Part shown: piece after piece, positions 8,201 to 16,779 of the stretch
How the letters are laid out: each line of letters begins with the position of its first letter
Position numbering within the stretch: the stretch's first letter is position 1
Source: Roseibacillus sp.
Lineage (GTDB): Bacteria > Verrucomicrobiota > Verrucomicrobiia > Verrucomicrobiales > Akkermansiaceae
Reading direction: 5' to 3'
Assembly: GCA_051251855.1 (NCBI GenBank)
Contig: JBPOGI010000007.1
Location: forward strand, 1-64,000
Length of the DNA stretch: 64,000 nucleotides
The notes under the pieces: model-generated
What the model was told of the DNA's origin: nothing
Databases searched by the model: none
What the model saw: only the letters and a program-made list of their open reading frames with translations
Translations under genes and position numbers: made by a program

Positions 8201-9782
8201 CATCGGCGATACCGAAAACGAATTCTCGGTCAGCGGACTTCTCCCTATCACCGGCGTGCGCACCATCCAACCTGGCGAATCTCATCTCTTCGACATCACC
8301 TTCGAACCCGACAACGTCGGCGTTGAAAACGTCACCTTCGAGCTCCGCAACGACGACCCCAACGAAGACCCTTACACCTTCGCTTTACGCGGCGAAGGAC
8401 TCGGTGACCCAGAAATCCGGGTGCGCGGTCTCACTGGAGCCGGCATCCCCTTCGACATCAATGATGGCGACCTCAATCCCAATCAGGACGTCACCCAATT
8501 TGGAACCGTCACCCTTGGACAAAATGGCGACCGCACCTTTCGTATCGTCAACGATGGCACCGACACCCTCAACATCAGCTCCATCGCCAGCTCCGAGCCC
8601 GAATACACCTTCCTCGGCCTCGACACTTCCCTTGAAGTGGGACAAAGCGACAACTTTATCATCCGCTTCACCCCCACTTCCATCGAGGAAGTCGAAACCA
8701 TCATCACCATCCGCTCCAATGACCCCGGCGCAGGCGACCCTTACACCTTTGCTCTCATCGGTAGCGGCGAAGGCCCCGAAATGGAAGTCCGCGGCGGTGG
8801 CTCCACCTTCAGCGAAGTCATCAACGACGGAGACGCCACTCCTCGCAGTGCCGACGGCACCCTCTTTGGCGAAGTGAATCCCAACGGTGGCTCACTCACC
8901 GTCCCCTTCCGCATCTATAACACAGGCAACGACACCCTCACCATCGACGACAAGTCCGTCATCGGTGCCAACGCGGGCGACTTCACGATTCGCAGCCTCC
9001 CCACCAGTCCTCTCAATACAAATATCGGAGGAGGAAGTTTCACCGACTTCGAAGTCGAGTTCGATCCCACCGCCACCGGAACCCGCAACGCCACCATTGT
9101 CCTCAACAACAACGATGCCGATGAGGATCCCTACACTTTCGCCGTCCGCGGTATCGGACAAGACCCCGGGCTTCTTCCCGAAATTCGCGTCACCTCGAAT
9201 AGTGGCAACATTGCTATTAGCAACGGCGACCCCTCCCCACGAGTAGTCGATGGAACCGACTTCGGCACCCCCACCGTTGGTGACGCCAGCCTCATCCGCA
9301 CCTTCATCATCCACAATGATGGCGATGCCGACTTGGAAATATTTGGGCTAACTGTGAACAATGCGCTGTATCTTAACACCACCCCCTCGACTGTTCCAGC
9401 GGGTCAACAGCGTCCCTTCAACATCACCTTGAGCCCCGACGTCAGCGGCGTTCAGGACGGAGTGGTCTCCATCTTCAACAACGACACCACCGCCTCCTCC
9501 TACACCTTTGCTATCACCGCAGACATCCAACCCGCCACTGGAAGCCTCGCCATCACAGAGTTCGAGATTACCGGAAGCAATGCCAACGTCACCTTCACCT
9601 CCATACCGGGCTCAACTTATAGCATCAAGAAAAGTACCACTCTTGAAAGTGGGAGCTGGAACACCGTCCCAGGACAAGGAAACATCGTGGGTTCCGCCAC
9701 CCCCCAGACCATCAACTTGTTAAACGTTATCGATCCCATTGCCGACCCCAAAGCCTATTTCCGTCTCGAGAAGAACCCTTAA
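5226..9782 (+). CDS. Large secreted surface protein with ~11 tandem Ig-like (choice-of-anchor D / ASH-like) repeats
   Basis: Signal peptide from ATG 5226; repeat pattern PEI.V.G...I.DGDTTP...GT.FG...F.I.N.G...F.I.F.P...ND.DE.PY.F...G.G. Confidence 0.9.
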   Translation: MKTLVQSICLVLFGLLSFQAHAVQDILIEGSDGVSWPNISDNDLNPNQVVTDFDSEFCNETKDRTYRMRNTGNQTLTVFVNSNSPSSSSSQFTFPDFPTSNFTIAAGASRNFTIRYRPVTSSRTATMRIDSNDPDAESTYTFAVEGDGRCGEASVYYVPSTGGDAFIGDGDTTPSTAQGTNFGSRTVGSPLTRNFYIRNSSTAPDVLRIRTPQITGTGASHFEILSLGTSNLGTGNNRNFQIRFNPTSAGTKTATFTFNNNDVDENPYSFTLTGVGTAFPEISVDGKQEASTGNPFPSYSLINDGQSVPNTADGTLFNNTSVGSSRDSFIRINNTGNATLTLQNRTITGTGAPSFNTVGFTTTSIAAGSSREFRIRFTPVSSGTQTATFSFGNNDSNENPYNFTIRGVGEAPEIRISGRPVEGSGGYDNIIDGATGTSTSEGTNFGDVRVGSGLNENEFKITNDGNESLNISNARIIGSSDFTIRSLSTVTNILAGNDREFLIRFDPSSLGVKTATFFIDNNDADEDPYSFALRGVGTGFPEIRVQGTRPGEPLVEISDGTTSTRQAEGTLFADTTVSSNRTSNFRIHNDGDAPLTFSAPTLTGTGASHFTILNFSTASLAVGASRDFNVRFAPTSFGTKSATLSFANNDSNENPFNFALSGLGEAPEIQVAGHLPGEPFLNINDGDTSPREDDGTDFGEANVTGTGNEAQREFRITNSGNANLNIESGTTITGPAAADYDISGLFAGNPFVNIGAGNSQTFTITFDPSTTGVRNATVSIANNDPNEDPYTFALTGIGIGDPDLRVRGRRNVTGTFLTEIVDGDTTPRSTDGTLFADTDVDDTYDMLVELRNLGDGVLSFTSTPTITGTNANQFSIIGFNSADMAPNATRTFNVRFSPTSFGTKNATVNIFSDSPGENTFNFAIRGLAEAPEIAVLGRGSASQFGLIADGDTTPRVADGTDSNGTGVGFDETYQFRIDNTGNKVLRITSRQFIGDTENEFSVSGLLPITGVRTIQPGESHLFDITFEPDNVGVENVTFELRNDDPNEDPYTFALRGEGLGDPEIRVRGLTGAGIPFDINDGDLNPNQDVTQFGTVTLGQNGDRTFRIVNDGTDTLNISSIASSEPEYTFLGLDTSLEVGQSDNFIIRFTPTSIEEVETIITIRSNDPGAGDPYTFALIGSGEGPEMEVRGGGSTFSEVINDGDATPRSADGTLFGEVNPNGGSLTVPFRIYNTGNDTLTIDDKSVIGANAGDFTIRSLPTSPLNTNIGGGSFTDFEVEFDPTATGTRNATIVLNNNDADEDPYTFAVRGIGQDPGLLPEIRVTSNSGNIAISNGDPSPRVVDGTDFGTPTVGDASLIRTFIIHNDGDADLEIFGLTVNNALYLNTTPSTVPAGQQRPFNITLSPDVSGVQDGVVSIFNNDTTASSYTFAITADIQPATGSLAITEFEITGSNANVTFTSIPGSTYSIKKSTTLESGSWNTVPGQGNIVGSATPQTINLLNVIDPIADPKAYFRLEKNP

Positions 9783-9818
9783 CCAACGCACGTCCCCCCT
9801 TTCGCAGGCAATCCAAAC

Positions 9819-9850
9819 GCCGTCTCCGGGAAACCGGAGGCGGCTTTTTC
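9819..9850 (+). terminator. Rho-independent terminator
   Basis: gccgtctccgg-gaaa-ccggaggcggc hairpin followed by a T tract. Confidence 0.8.
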
Positions 9851-10011
9851 ATTTTAATTATTAGCGTATGACACCGCAACTGACTCCTAAGAATAAAAGC
9901 TTAAAAATTGGCATCCACCCTCGACGGACAAGCGTTCCTTTCCAAGAGGGCTATTCAAGAACCGTAAAACTGCAATTTTGATAGGACTCTCAACACAAAC
10001 TAATAATTAAA

Positions 10012-10869
10012 ATGAAAATATCCATGTTCTATACAACATCGATTCTTGGCTTGGCGCTGACAGGCGCAAGTTCGGGAGCAAGTCTCTTGGGACTCTTTGA
10101 TACCGGTGGAGGCTCCTACTCTCTCGGCGCCTTTGACTCGGGAAACACCTCTTCAGTCTCCTCGAATCCCGTTACTGGAATCGCCGCAGGTGAAACCTTA
10201 AACGGACTCGACTTCCGCCCAGCCAACAGCACAGTCTACGCTATTGGCTCAATGGGCAATGTCTACACACTCTCTCTTTCGGGTATCGCTACTAATATTG
10301 GTTCTTTTGCCTCGCCGGTCCCCGGTTCCTCTTACGGCTTTGATTTCAACCCCGCCTTTATGAGCGGCACCTTTGCTCGTATCATCAGCGACCTCGATGA
10401 CAACCGCGTGATTAGCGGCGAAGACGGAAGCTACTTGGGAGCTGACAAAACAGATGTCTTCTATGACGTTGGTGATGCCAACGAGGGAGCCAATCCCAAT
10501 ATCAATCACATCGGTTATACCAATAGCATCTTGGGTTCAACTGCGACCCAGCAATATGGAATCGACTCCACCCTTGATGTCCTCGTGACCGTCGCGAACA
10601 ATGCAGGAACCCTCGCAACTGTAGGTTCACTCGGAGTTGACGCTGGAGAACTCGGTGGCTTCGACATCGCAGGCACAACTGGCGAAGCGTTCTTGGGCTT
10701 CCAAGACGGAGTCGATTCGGAGCTATATTCCATCAATCTCATGGATGGCTCCGCCACTTCCTTGGGTAGCCTCGATGGAAACCTCATCGGACTCACTTCG
10801 ATTCCTGAGCCTTCGAGCGCGCTACTTCTCGGCCTTGCTGGGATCGGCTTCCTGCGTCGCCGCCGCTAA
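10012..10869 (+). CDS. PEP-CTERM protein with DUF4394-like domain
   Basis: Signal peptide; GLDFRPA and GFDFNPA motifs; C-terminal IPEPSSALLLGLAGIGFLRRRR. Confidence 0.88.
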   Translation: MKISMFYTTSILGLALTGASSGASLLGLFDTGGGSYSLGAFDSGNTSSVSSNPVTGIAAGETLNGLDFRPANSTVYAIGSMGNVYTLSLSGIATNIGSFASPVPGSSYGFDFNPAFMSGTFARIISDLDDNRVISGEDGSYLGADKTDVFYDVGDANEGANPNINHIGYTNSILGSTATQQYGIDSTLDVLVTVANNAGTLATVGSLGVDAGELGGFDIAGTTGEAFLGFQDGVDSELYSINLMDGSATSLGSLDGNLIGLTSIPEPSSALLLGLAGIGFLRRRR

Positions 10870-10890
10870 ATAACAACCTCCCCCCAAATT

Positions 10891-10926
10891 AGAACGCGGT
10901 GACCTAACGGTCGTCGCGTTCTTTTT
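10891..10926 (+). terminator. Rho-independent terminator
   Basis: agaacgcggtgacc-taac-ggtcgtcgcgttct hairpin followed by Ts. Confidence 0.7.
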
Positions 10927-10955
10927 GTGGAGAATCTAGAAGAGACGATTCCCCC

Positions 10956-12014
10956 TTAGCAATCACTCCCAGCCTTCATCCCTAGCATCTCGAAAAATAC
11001 TGGCCAAATCTTACGGAAAAGAGAGTTCTTCCCTCCTCGGGAGAGCTGCTCTGCAACCAATCCCACCTTATCGTCAGGATCCGCAGGAGTGACTTGCTTG
11101 ACCACGTGGCCAGGCGCTTTCAGCTCCAAGCTCAAGTGAGGGTCGTTCGCCTTACGGGTGACCTCTACTGAAGTTGTTCCGTCGCTCAATGAGACTAGGG
11201 AAAGAGGCGCACTTGCGTCATCCTCTTGCCAGTCTACCACTACTTCACGACCATCTTGAGTTACAAAGATGAACTGGTCCTTTTTACTCCCCTGAAAAGA
11301 CCACTCGGCCTGCGTCGCCAACCAAGCCATCATCATCCACGCACTTACCCAGTGACCTTGCTGCCCTGCAATTTTGACAGTCTTAACTTCACTCAACATC
11401 GCCTGTGCAATCGGATCATCGAACAATCCCGCAACACCTAATCGAAAGTGATAGGTCCGCGTCCACGCCAAATCCTGCACCGCCATTTGACAACGAGAAT
11501 CCGCCACTGCATCGCTCAATCGCATGAATCCAGCAGAAACATCCGACCATTCGGCGGAATCTACAATGAACCGATTGGTCAAACGATAGAGTCGCTCCTC
11601 AAACAGCTCCGAAAGCTCACCCTGCCACCAGAATACCAGAGGCAAATCACTATTGAGATTCGCAAAAAGAGTATTCCGCATTCGCCCAATCGCCTTCCCT
11701 TTCAGCCGAAAAGAAAGCTGCTCGCAACAGACCGTCTTGCGTCCGTGCGCCAAGTGGCAATGGGCCGTCACCCAAGCCTCCACCTGCGAAACTGGTGCAG
11801 TGCGCTGCATTTCCACCAAAATCGCCCGACAAGAATGCTCACGTGTCAGCTCAAAGATTGCCTCCGAGTTTTCCTCCAAAGCCCCTGCCTGCTCCGAGTA
11901 GACCGCGAAGTTCATCAACGACGCATTCGTCGCTGCTTCATCAGCTTCCCAAAGCTTCTTCAGCTCCTTACTAATGGCTCCGATCTCTACCGGTTGTCCT
12001 AGAATTGCGCTCAT
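10956..12014 (-). CDS. opcA: Glucose-6-phosphate dehydrogenase assembly protein OpcA
   Basis: Directly downstream of zwf; VCCEQ, DLPLVFWW and DLAWTR motifs. Confidence 0.88.
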   Translation of the reverse strand: MSAILGQPVEIGAISKELKKLWEADEAATNASLMNFAVYSEQAGALEENSEAIFELTREHSCRAILVEMQRTAPVSQVEAWVTAHCHLAHGRKTVCCEQLSFRLKGKAIGRMRNTLFANLNSDLPLVFWWQGELSELFEERLYRLTNRFIVDSAEWSDVSAGFMRLSDAVADSRCQMAVQDLAWTRTYHFRLGVAGLFDDPIAQAMLSEVKTVKIAGQQGHWVSAWMMMAWLATQAEWSFQGSKKDQFIFVTQDGREVVVDWQEDDASAPLSLVSLSDGTTSVEVTRKANDPHLSLELKAPGHVVKQVTPADPDDKVGLVAEQLSRGGKNSLFRKIWPVFFEMLGMKAGSDC

Positions 12015-12016
12015 CC

Positions 12017-13549
12017 TTAAAGCCTCCTCCATTCTCTGCCTTCTTTACCCAGCATCTCATCCGACTCCTTGGGTCCCCAGCTGCCAGCCGTAAACTCGGT
12101 CATCGGGGGCTTGTTGTCACTCTCGTGCCAAGCACGCTCAATGTGATCCACAAAGCGCCAAGCTTCTTCCACTTCATCACGCCGCGCAAAGAGAGTGGCA
12201 TCCCCCGCCATGGCATCTAACAAAAGACGTTCGTAAGCCTCGGGACTGCTCTTTCCAAAACTGGAAGAATAGCGGAAATCCATCTTCACTGGCTCCATCC
12301 GCACCGCCGCCCCAGGCAGTTTGGAGTTCATCCGCAGCGAAATCCCTTCGTCAGGCTGAATCCGAATCACCAGCACGTTCTCACCAGGGAGGCCCCCAGG
12401 CACCGCATTGAAAAGCACGCCCGGCACATCTTTAAAGTGAATCGAAATCTCGGTCGCCTTCTTCGGCAAACGCTTGCCCATCCGCACATAGAACGGCACC
12501 CCACTCCAGCGCCAGGTATCGATCATCACCTTCACCGCCACATAGGCCTCGGTCTCGCTCTCGGGATTCACCCGATCTTCCTCGCGATATCCCGGAACCT
12601 CTTCTCCATTGATAAAGCCCTTCACATACTGCCCACGCACCACGTTCTCGGCCACTTTCTCAGGTGTATCCCATGGACGCATCGAGCGGAAAACCTTCAC
12701 CTTCTCATCCCGCACTCCGTCCGCCGAAAGGTCAGTCGGCGCCTCCATCGCCACCAAACTGAGAAGCTGCAAAAGATGGTTTTGCACCATGTCACGCAAC
12801 GCTCCGGAGTTGTCGTAGTATCCACCCCGCCCCCCTTCCATCCCGAAGTGCTCGGCACAGGTGATCTGAATATGGTCCACATACTGAGAATTCCAAAGGG
12901 GCTCAAAAATCGCATTCGCAAAGCGCAAGACCATGATGTTCTGCGCGGTCTCTTTCCCCAAATAGTGGTCAATACGATAAGTATCCTTTTCCTGAAATGT
13001 CCGGTTCACCACCTCGTTGAGATGCTGAGCCGTCGCCAAATCCGTGCCAAAGGGCTTTTCTACGATCACCCGTGACCAGCCCCCTTCTTTTTCCTCATTG
13101 AGCCCCGCGCCCTTTAAGTGCTCGAGAATATCGTCAAAGAAATCAGGCGAACTCGCCACATAGAAGAGTCGATTCCCCTTCCCGCCGCGCTCGGCATCGA
13201 TTCCATCTAGGCGCTCTGCCAAAGACTTGTAACCCGCCTCATCCGTAAACTCGCTGCAGTGATACTCGATCGACTCTGCAAACTTGGACCAAACCTCATC
13301 ATCGTGCCCACTGCGCGACACCTCCTTGTTAATCTTCTCCAGACTCTCGCGGAAAAACTCATCCGACCAATCGCGCCGCGCAAATCCCACAATCCTTACC
13401 CCAGGAGGCAACTCACCATCAACCGCCAGATTATACAGCGCTGGAATGAGCTTTCGATGGTTCAAATCACCCGTCGCTCCAAAAATCACCACCGTACACG
13501 CATCGGCACGCAGTCTCGCCACTAAATCATCTCGAAAGGGATTACTCAC
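12017..13549 (-). CDS. zwf: Glucose-6-phosphate 1-dehydrogenase
   Basis: GATGDL, EKPFG, RIDHYLGKE and DMVQNH motifs; GTG start at 13549 inferred. Confidence 0.97.
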   Translation of the reverse strand: MSNPFRDDLVARLRADACTVVIFGATGDLNHRKLIPALYNLAVDGELPPGVRIVGFARRDWSDEFFRESLEKINKEVSRSGHDDEVWSKFAESIEYHCSEFTDEAGYKSLAERLDGIDAERGGKGNRLFYVASSPDFFDDILEHLKGAGLNEEKEGGWSRVIVEKPFGTDLATAQHLNEVVNRTFQEKDTYRIDHYLGKETAQNIMVLRFANAIFEPLWNSQYVDHIQITCAEHFGMEGGRGGYYDNSGALRDMVQNHLLQLLSLVAMEAPTDLSADGVRDEKVKVFRSMRPWDTPEKVAENVVRGQYVKGFINGEEVPGYREEDRVNPESETEAYVAVKVMIDTWRWSGVPFYVRMGKRLPKKATEISIHFKDVPGVLFNAVPGGLPGENVLVIRIQPDEGISLRMNSKLPGAAVRMEPVKMDFRYSSSFGKSSPEAYERLLLDAMAGDATLFARRDEVEEAWRFVDHIERAWHESDNKPPMTEFTAGSWGPKESDEMLGKEGREWRRL

Positions 13550-13706
13550 AGCCCCGTTCTTTCCATAAATCCCCCCGCAATCAAAACCCAAATCCATCAA
13601 TCCTCCCCCCATACGTCAGAAATCTTATTCATCCTTGTCAAAAGAGACCACAAGGCTCCCAATTCTCAGGAAAATGCCCTAGCCTGAACTCTCAGCCCTA
13701 ACTGAC

Positions 13707-15176
13707 ATGAAACTTCTTCTCTCTCTCTCCTTTGCTCTCTCCGCTTCCCTTTTCGCGGCCAAGCCACCCAACATCGTTCTCTTTCTCGCCGACGACCTCG
13801 GTTTTGGCGACCTCGCTTCTTACGGCAGCCCTATCATCCAAACCCCTCACCTCGACACCCTTGCCAAAGAAGGAGTCCGCCTCACCGATTGCCACTCCGC
13901 CGGAACTGTCTGTTCCCCCTCCCGCGCCAGTATCCTCACCGGACGCACTCCCTATCGCACCGGCTTCTACACCATCGCTGGCCCCGAAGGCAGCCACCTC
14001 CGCAAAGAAGAAATCACCCTCGCCACCCTTCTCCAGAAGCAAGGCTACGACACCTGCTTCGTCGGCAAGTGGCATCTCGGCAACTTTCAGACCCAACCCA
14101 ACCCCGGCGACCACGGCTTCGACCATTGGTTCGGCACCGCCGTTAACGCCTTCGACGGCCCCGAAGACACCGACCGCTGGGTTCGCAATGGCGAAAAAGT
14201 GGGGAAAGTCGGGCAATGGTATTGCGACGCCATCGTCGCAGAAGCCATCACTTGGATGGAAAACCGGCCCAACCCTGAGAAGCCCTACTTCATCTTCGTA
14301 TGCGCGCACGAACCCCACACCCCCGTCCACCCTCCCGAAAAATTCTCCCAACTCTACGACAACCTCGAAACCGACGCCCAAGAGTCCGCCCTCTCCTACG
14401 GACAAGTCCATCGCCCTCTCGAACGAAACATCGCACCTAACAAAAAATACTACTACGGCACCGTCACTCAACTCGACGCCGCCTTCGGCCGTCTCATCGA
14501 CTCCATCGATAAAGCAGGCGACCGCGAAGACAGCCTCGTCATCTTCACCAGCGACAATGGCCCCGAAACCCCCGTCACCGTCGAGGAATCTAACAACGAG
14601 TGGGAAGACCCCATCCGCGACCGCTGCTTCGGCACCCCCGGTCCTTGGCGCGGCATGAAACGCTTCGTCTTCGAGGGCGGCCACCGCGTCCCCGGCATCG
14701 TGCGCTGGCCCAACAAAGTCGAACCCGACACCCTCTCTACCGCGCTCATTAACGGCACTGATTGGTTCACCACCGCTTGCACCGCCGCTGGCGTCGAACT
14801 CCCCACCGACCGCACCATCGACGGCGTCGACATCCTCCCCGCCCTGCAAGGCAAAGAAGTCGCTCGCGATATCCCCGCTTGCTGGATGTTCCCCGTCGGT
14901 TACGACTCCCGCCTCCTCGCCAGCATGTCCATGCGGCAAGACAACCACGTCATGGTCGGCTGGTTCGACCCCAAAGGCATGGGCGATGGCAACTCGCAAT
15001 GGGTCCGCTCCACCCCTCTCATCAAATTCGAACTCTACGACCTCTCTCTCGACCGATCCCAGTCCTACGAGCTCAGCAAAACCCGCCCCGAAATCTTCTC
15101 CAAACTCCAAGGCCAAATGCAAACCCTCTGGAAAGACATCCAATCCGACGCCCCCGACTGGCCGAGTCTGAAGTAA
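13707..15176 (+). CDS. Sulfatase (formylglycine-dependent, S1)
   Basis: Signal peptide; PNIVLFLADDLG, CSPSRASILTGR, GKWHLG and SDNG motifs. Confidence 0.95.
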   Translation: MKLLLSLSFALSASLFAAKPPNIVLFLADDLGFGDLASYGSPIIQTPHLDTLAKEGVRLTDCHSAGTVCSPSRASILTGRTPYRTGFYTIAGPEGSHLRKEEITLATLLQKQGYDTCFVGKWHLGNFQTQPNPGDHGFDHWFGTAVNAFDGPEDTDRWVRNGEKVGKVGQWYCDAIVAEAITWMENRPNPEKPYFIFVCAHEPHTPVHPPEKFSQLYDNLETDAQESALSYGQVHRPLERNIAPNKKYYYGTVTQLDAAFGRLIDSIDKAGDREDSLVIFTSDNGPETPVTVEESNNEWEDPIRDRCFGTPGPWRGMKRFVFEGGHRVPGIVRWPNKVEPDTLSTALINGTDWFTTACTAAGVELPTDRTIDGVDILPALQGKEVARDIPACWMFPVGYDSRLLASMSMRQDNHVMVGWFDPKGMGDGNSQWVRSTPLIKFELYDLSLDRSQSYELSKTRPEIFSKLQGQMQTLWKDIQSDAPDWPSLK

Positions 15177-15291
15177 TTGAGCGCCGAATCCAACCATCGT
15201 AGCTGAGTTGGTAACAACTCGGGCGGCAAAGACGAGGAGTAGACCAGTCCAGCCCGCTTTGTCACCAAAGCGGCTCCGTAGCAGAGAATAC

Positions 15292-16779
15292 TCACTCCAC
15301 CGGAATCTCATTCAGCGTATAATACGCATCCCTATGCAACGGCTCCTCCCCTGTCGCCGAACGCAAGGCACTCACCTCGAACTCGTGCACATGTCCCTTC
15401 ACCATACCTGACACCGTCAGCTCCACCTGAAGACCATCCTCAGAAACCTTCGCTTCCGTCACCACCGGCACCGTCTGATCCACTTCCGGACTTCCATAAC
15501 CCGACTGATAAATATGAGTAAACGTTCCCAACTCATAACTCTCCGGATCACTCGCCTTCTCTACATCCACCGGCTTCGTAAAGGTTAACAAAAACCCCTT
15601 CGGCCGCGCATTGATCTCCTTCAGTTCAAACGGCGTCTTCCCCGTCCAATCTAACCGCTCTAACACATTCTCTTTCGAGCCCCTCACTGGCCACCCCCGA
15701 TTCGTCCCTCCCGTCAGCAACTGCCCCTCAGGAGTAAAGTGACAATTCAAAATCCCCGTCGAAAGCCCCTCCCGAAACGGATAACAAGCTCCCTGCCAAA
15801 CCCCATTCACCTCCTCCATCGTCGCCCTCATCACGAGGCTCAAGGTGTAATCCCCAATAAAAATCTGCCCCGCGAAAGGCCCGAACTTCCCCTCCGACTC
15901 ATCCACCACAAAGCCAGAAATCGACCTTCCCATCCTTCGAAACGGAAAAACCACCGCATAAGGCACCAACTCCTTCACGCGCTCGCGCTCCACCTCTAAC
16001 CGGGAAGGCGAATTCGGCTCCACCGGCGTCGGGCCCATATTCGGTGCAGACTCATACCAATTATAGCTCACCGGATGCCCCATAAATCCTCCCTGCTTCA
16101 GGTGCTTCAGCGAACACGAGCCATTCCAAGGCCCTTGACTCTCACAATAAATCATCTCGCCATGACCATTGTCCCCAATCCCCAACGGGCTGCGCAAACC
16201 ACTCGCCACCGGAATCGCCTTTCCCTCTGGAGTAATTTTAAGCGTCCAACCCCGAAAGAGAGCCCACGAATAATAAGACTTCGACAACCCCAGCGCCACC
16301 CAGAGATTCCCCTCGGCATCAAACTTCGATCCCATCGCAAACTCGTGGTAATTCGAAAATCCCCACGAAGCATTCACCGTCTCATAACGGTCCGCTCTCC
16401 CATCTTTATTCAAGTCCAATAAACGCGTCAACTCCGTCGCCTGCGTCGCATAAAGACCCCCCTCCTTCTCAGCCAAACCTAACAATTCGTCTAACCCAGC
16501 AGCATACTTATGGAAAGTCGGTCTTGGGTGCTTGTCCGTCAACCCATCCACCACAAAGACATCTCCTCTTCGCGTTCCCACCGCAATACGTCCATCCGCC
16601 AGTGTTTCAAAACACCCCGCCTCCACAAAATAGGGCTCCGGCACCGGAATCTCAACAATGCGATAATACTCCGCCTCTCGCTCCGCCGTCCCCCACTCCT
16701 CACCCAACGCCTCACCGCGAAGGCCGAGAGACGTCAGCAACAAAACCATCCCTGATGCTAAAACCGTAAAAATCTTCAT
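15292..16779 (-). CDS. Secreted beta-propeller protein (sorbosone-dehydrogenase-like, PVC type)
   Basis: Signal peptide; DLNKDGRAD and ASGLRSPLG motifs; overlaps the stop of the upstream cytochrome gene. Confidence 0.7.
   Translation of the reverse strand: MKIFTVLASGMVLLLTSLGLRGEALGEEWGTAEREAEYYRIVEIPVPEPYFVEAGCFETLADGRIAVGTRRGDVFVVDGLTDKHPRPTFHKYAAGLDELLGLAEKEGGLYATQATELTRLLDLNKDGRADRYETVNASWGFSNYHEFAMGSKFDAEGNLWVALGLSKSYYSWALFRGWTLKITPEGKAIPVASGLRSPLGIGDNGHGEMIYCESQGPWNGSCSLKHLKQGGFMGHPVSYNWYESAPNMGPTPVEPNSPSRLEVERERVKELVPYAVVFPFRRMGRSISGFVVDESEGKFGPFAGQIFIGDYTLSLVMRATMEEVNGVWQGACYPFREGLSTGILNCHFTPEGQLLTGGTNRGWPVRGSKENVLERLDWTGKTPFELKEINARPKGFLLTFTKPVDVEKASDPESYELGTFTHIYQSGYGSPEVDQTVPVVTEAKVSEDGLQVELTVSGMVKGHVHEFEVSALRSATGEEPLHRDAYYTLNEIPVE

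Noticed and set aside
6520..8877. Long Pro/Ser/Thr-rich alternative-frame ORFs inside the Ig-repeat gene
   Set aside because: By-product of C-rich third codon positions; no independent signals
13698..15311. 537-aa ORF antisense to the sulfatase
   Set aside because: Shadow ORF caused by codon bias; the + strand has all the sulfatase motifs
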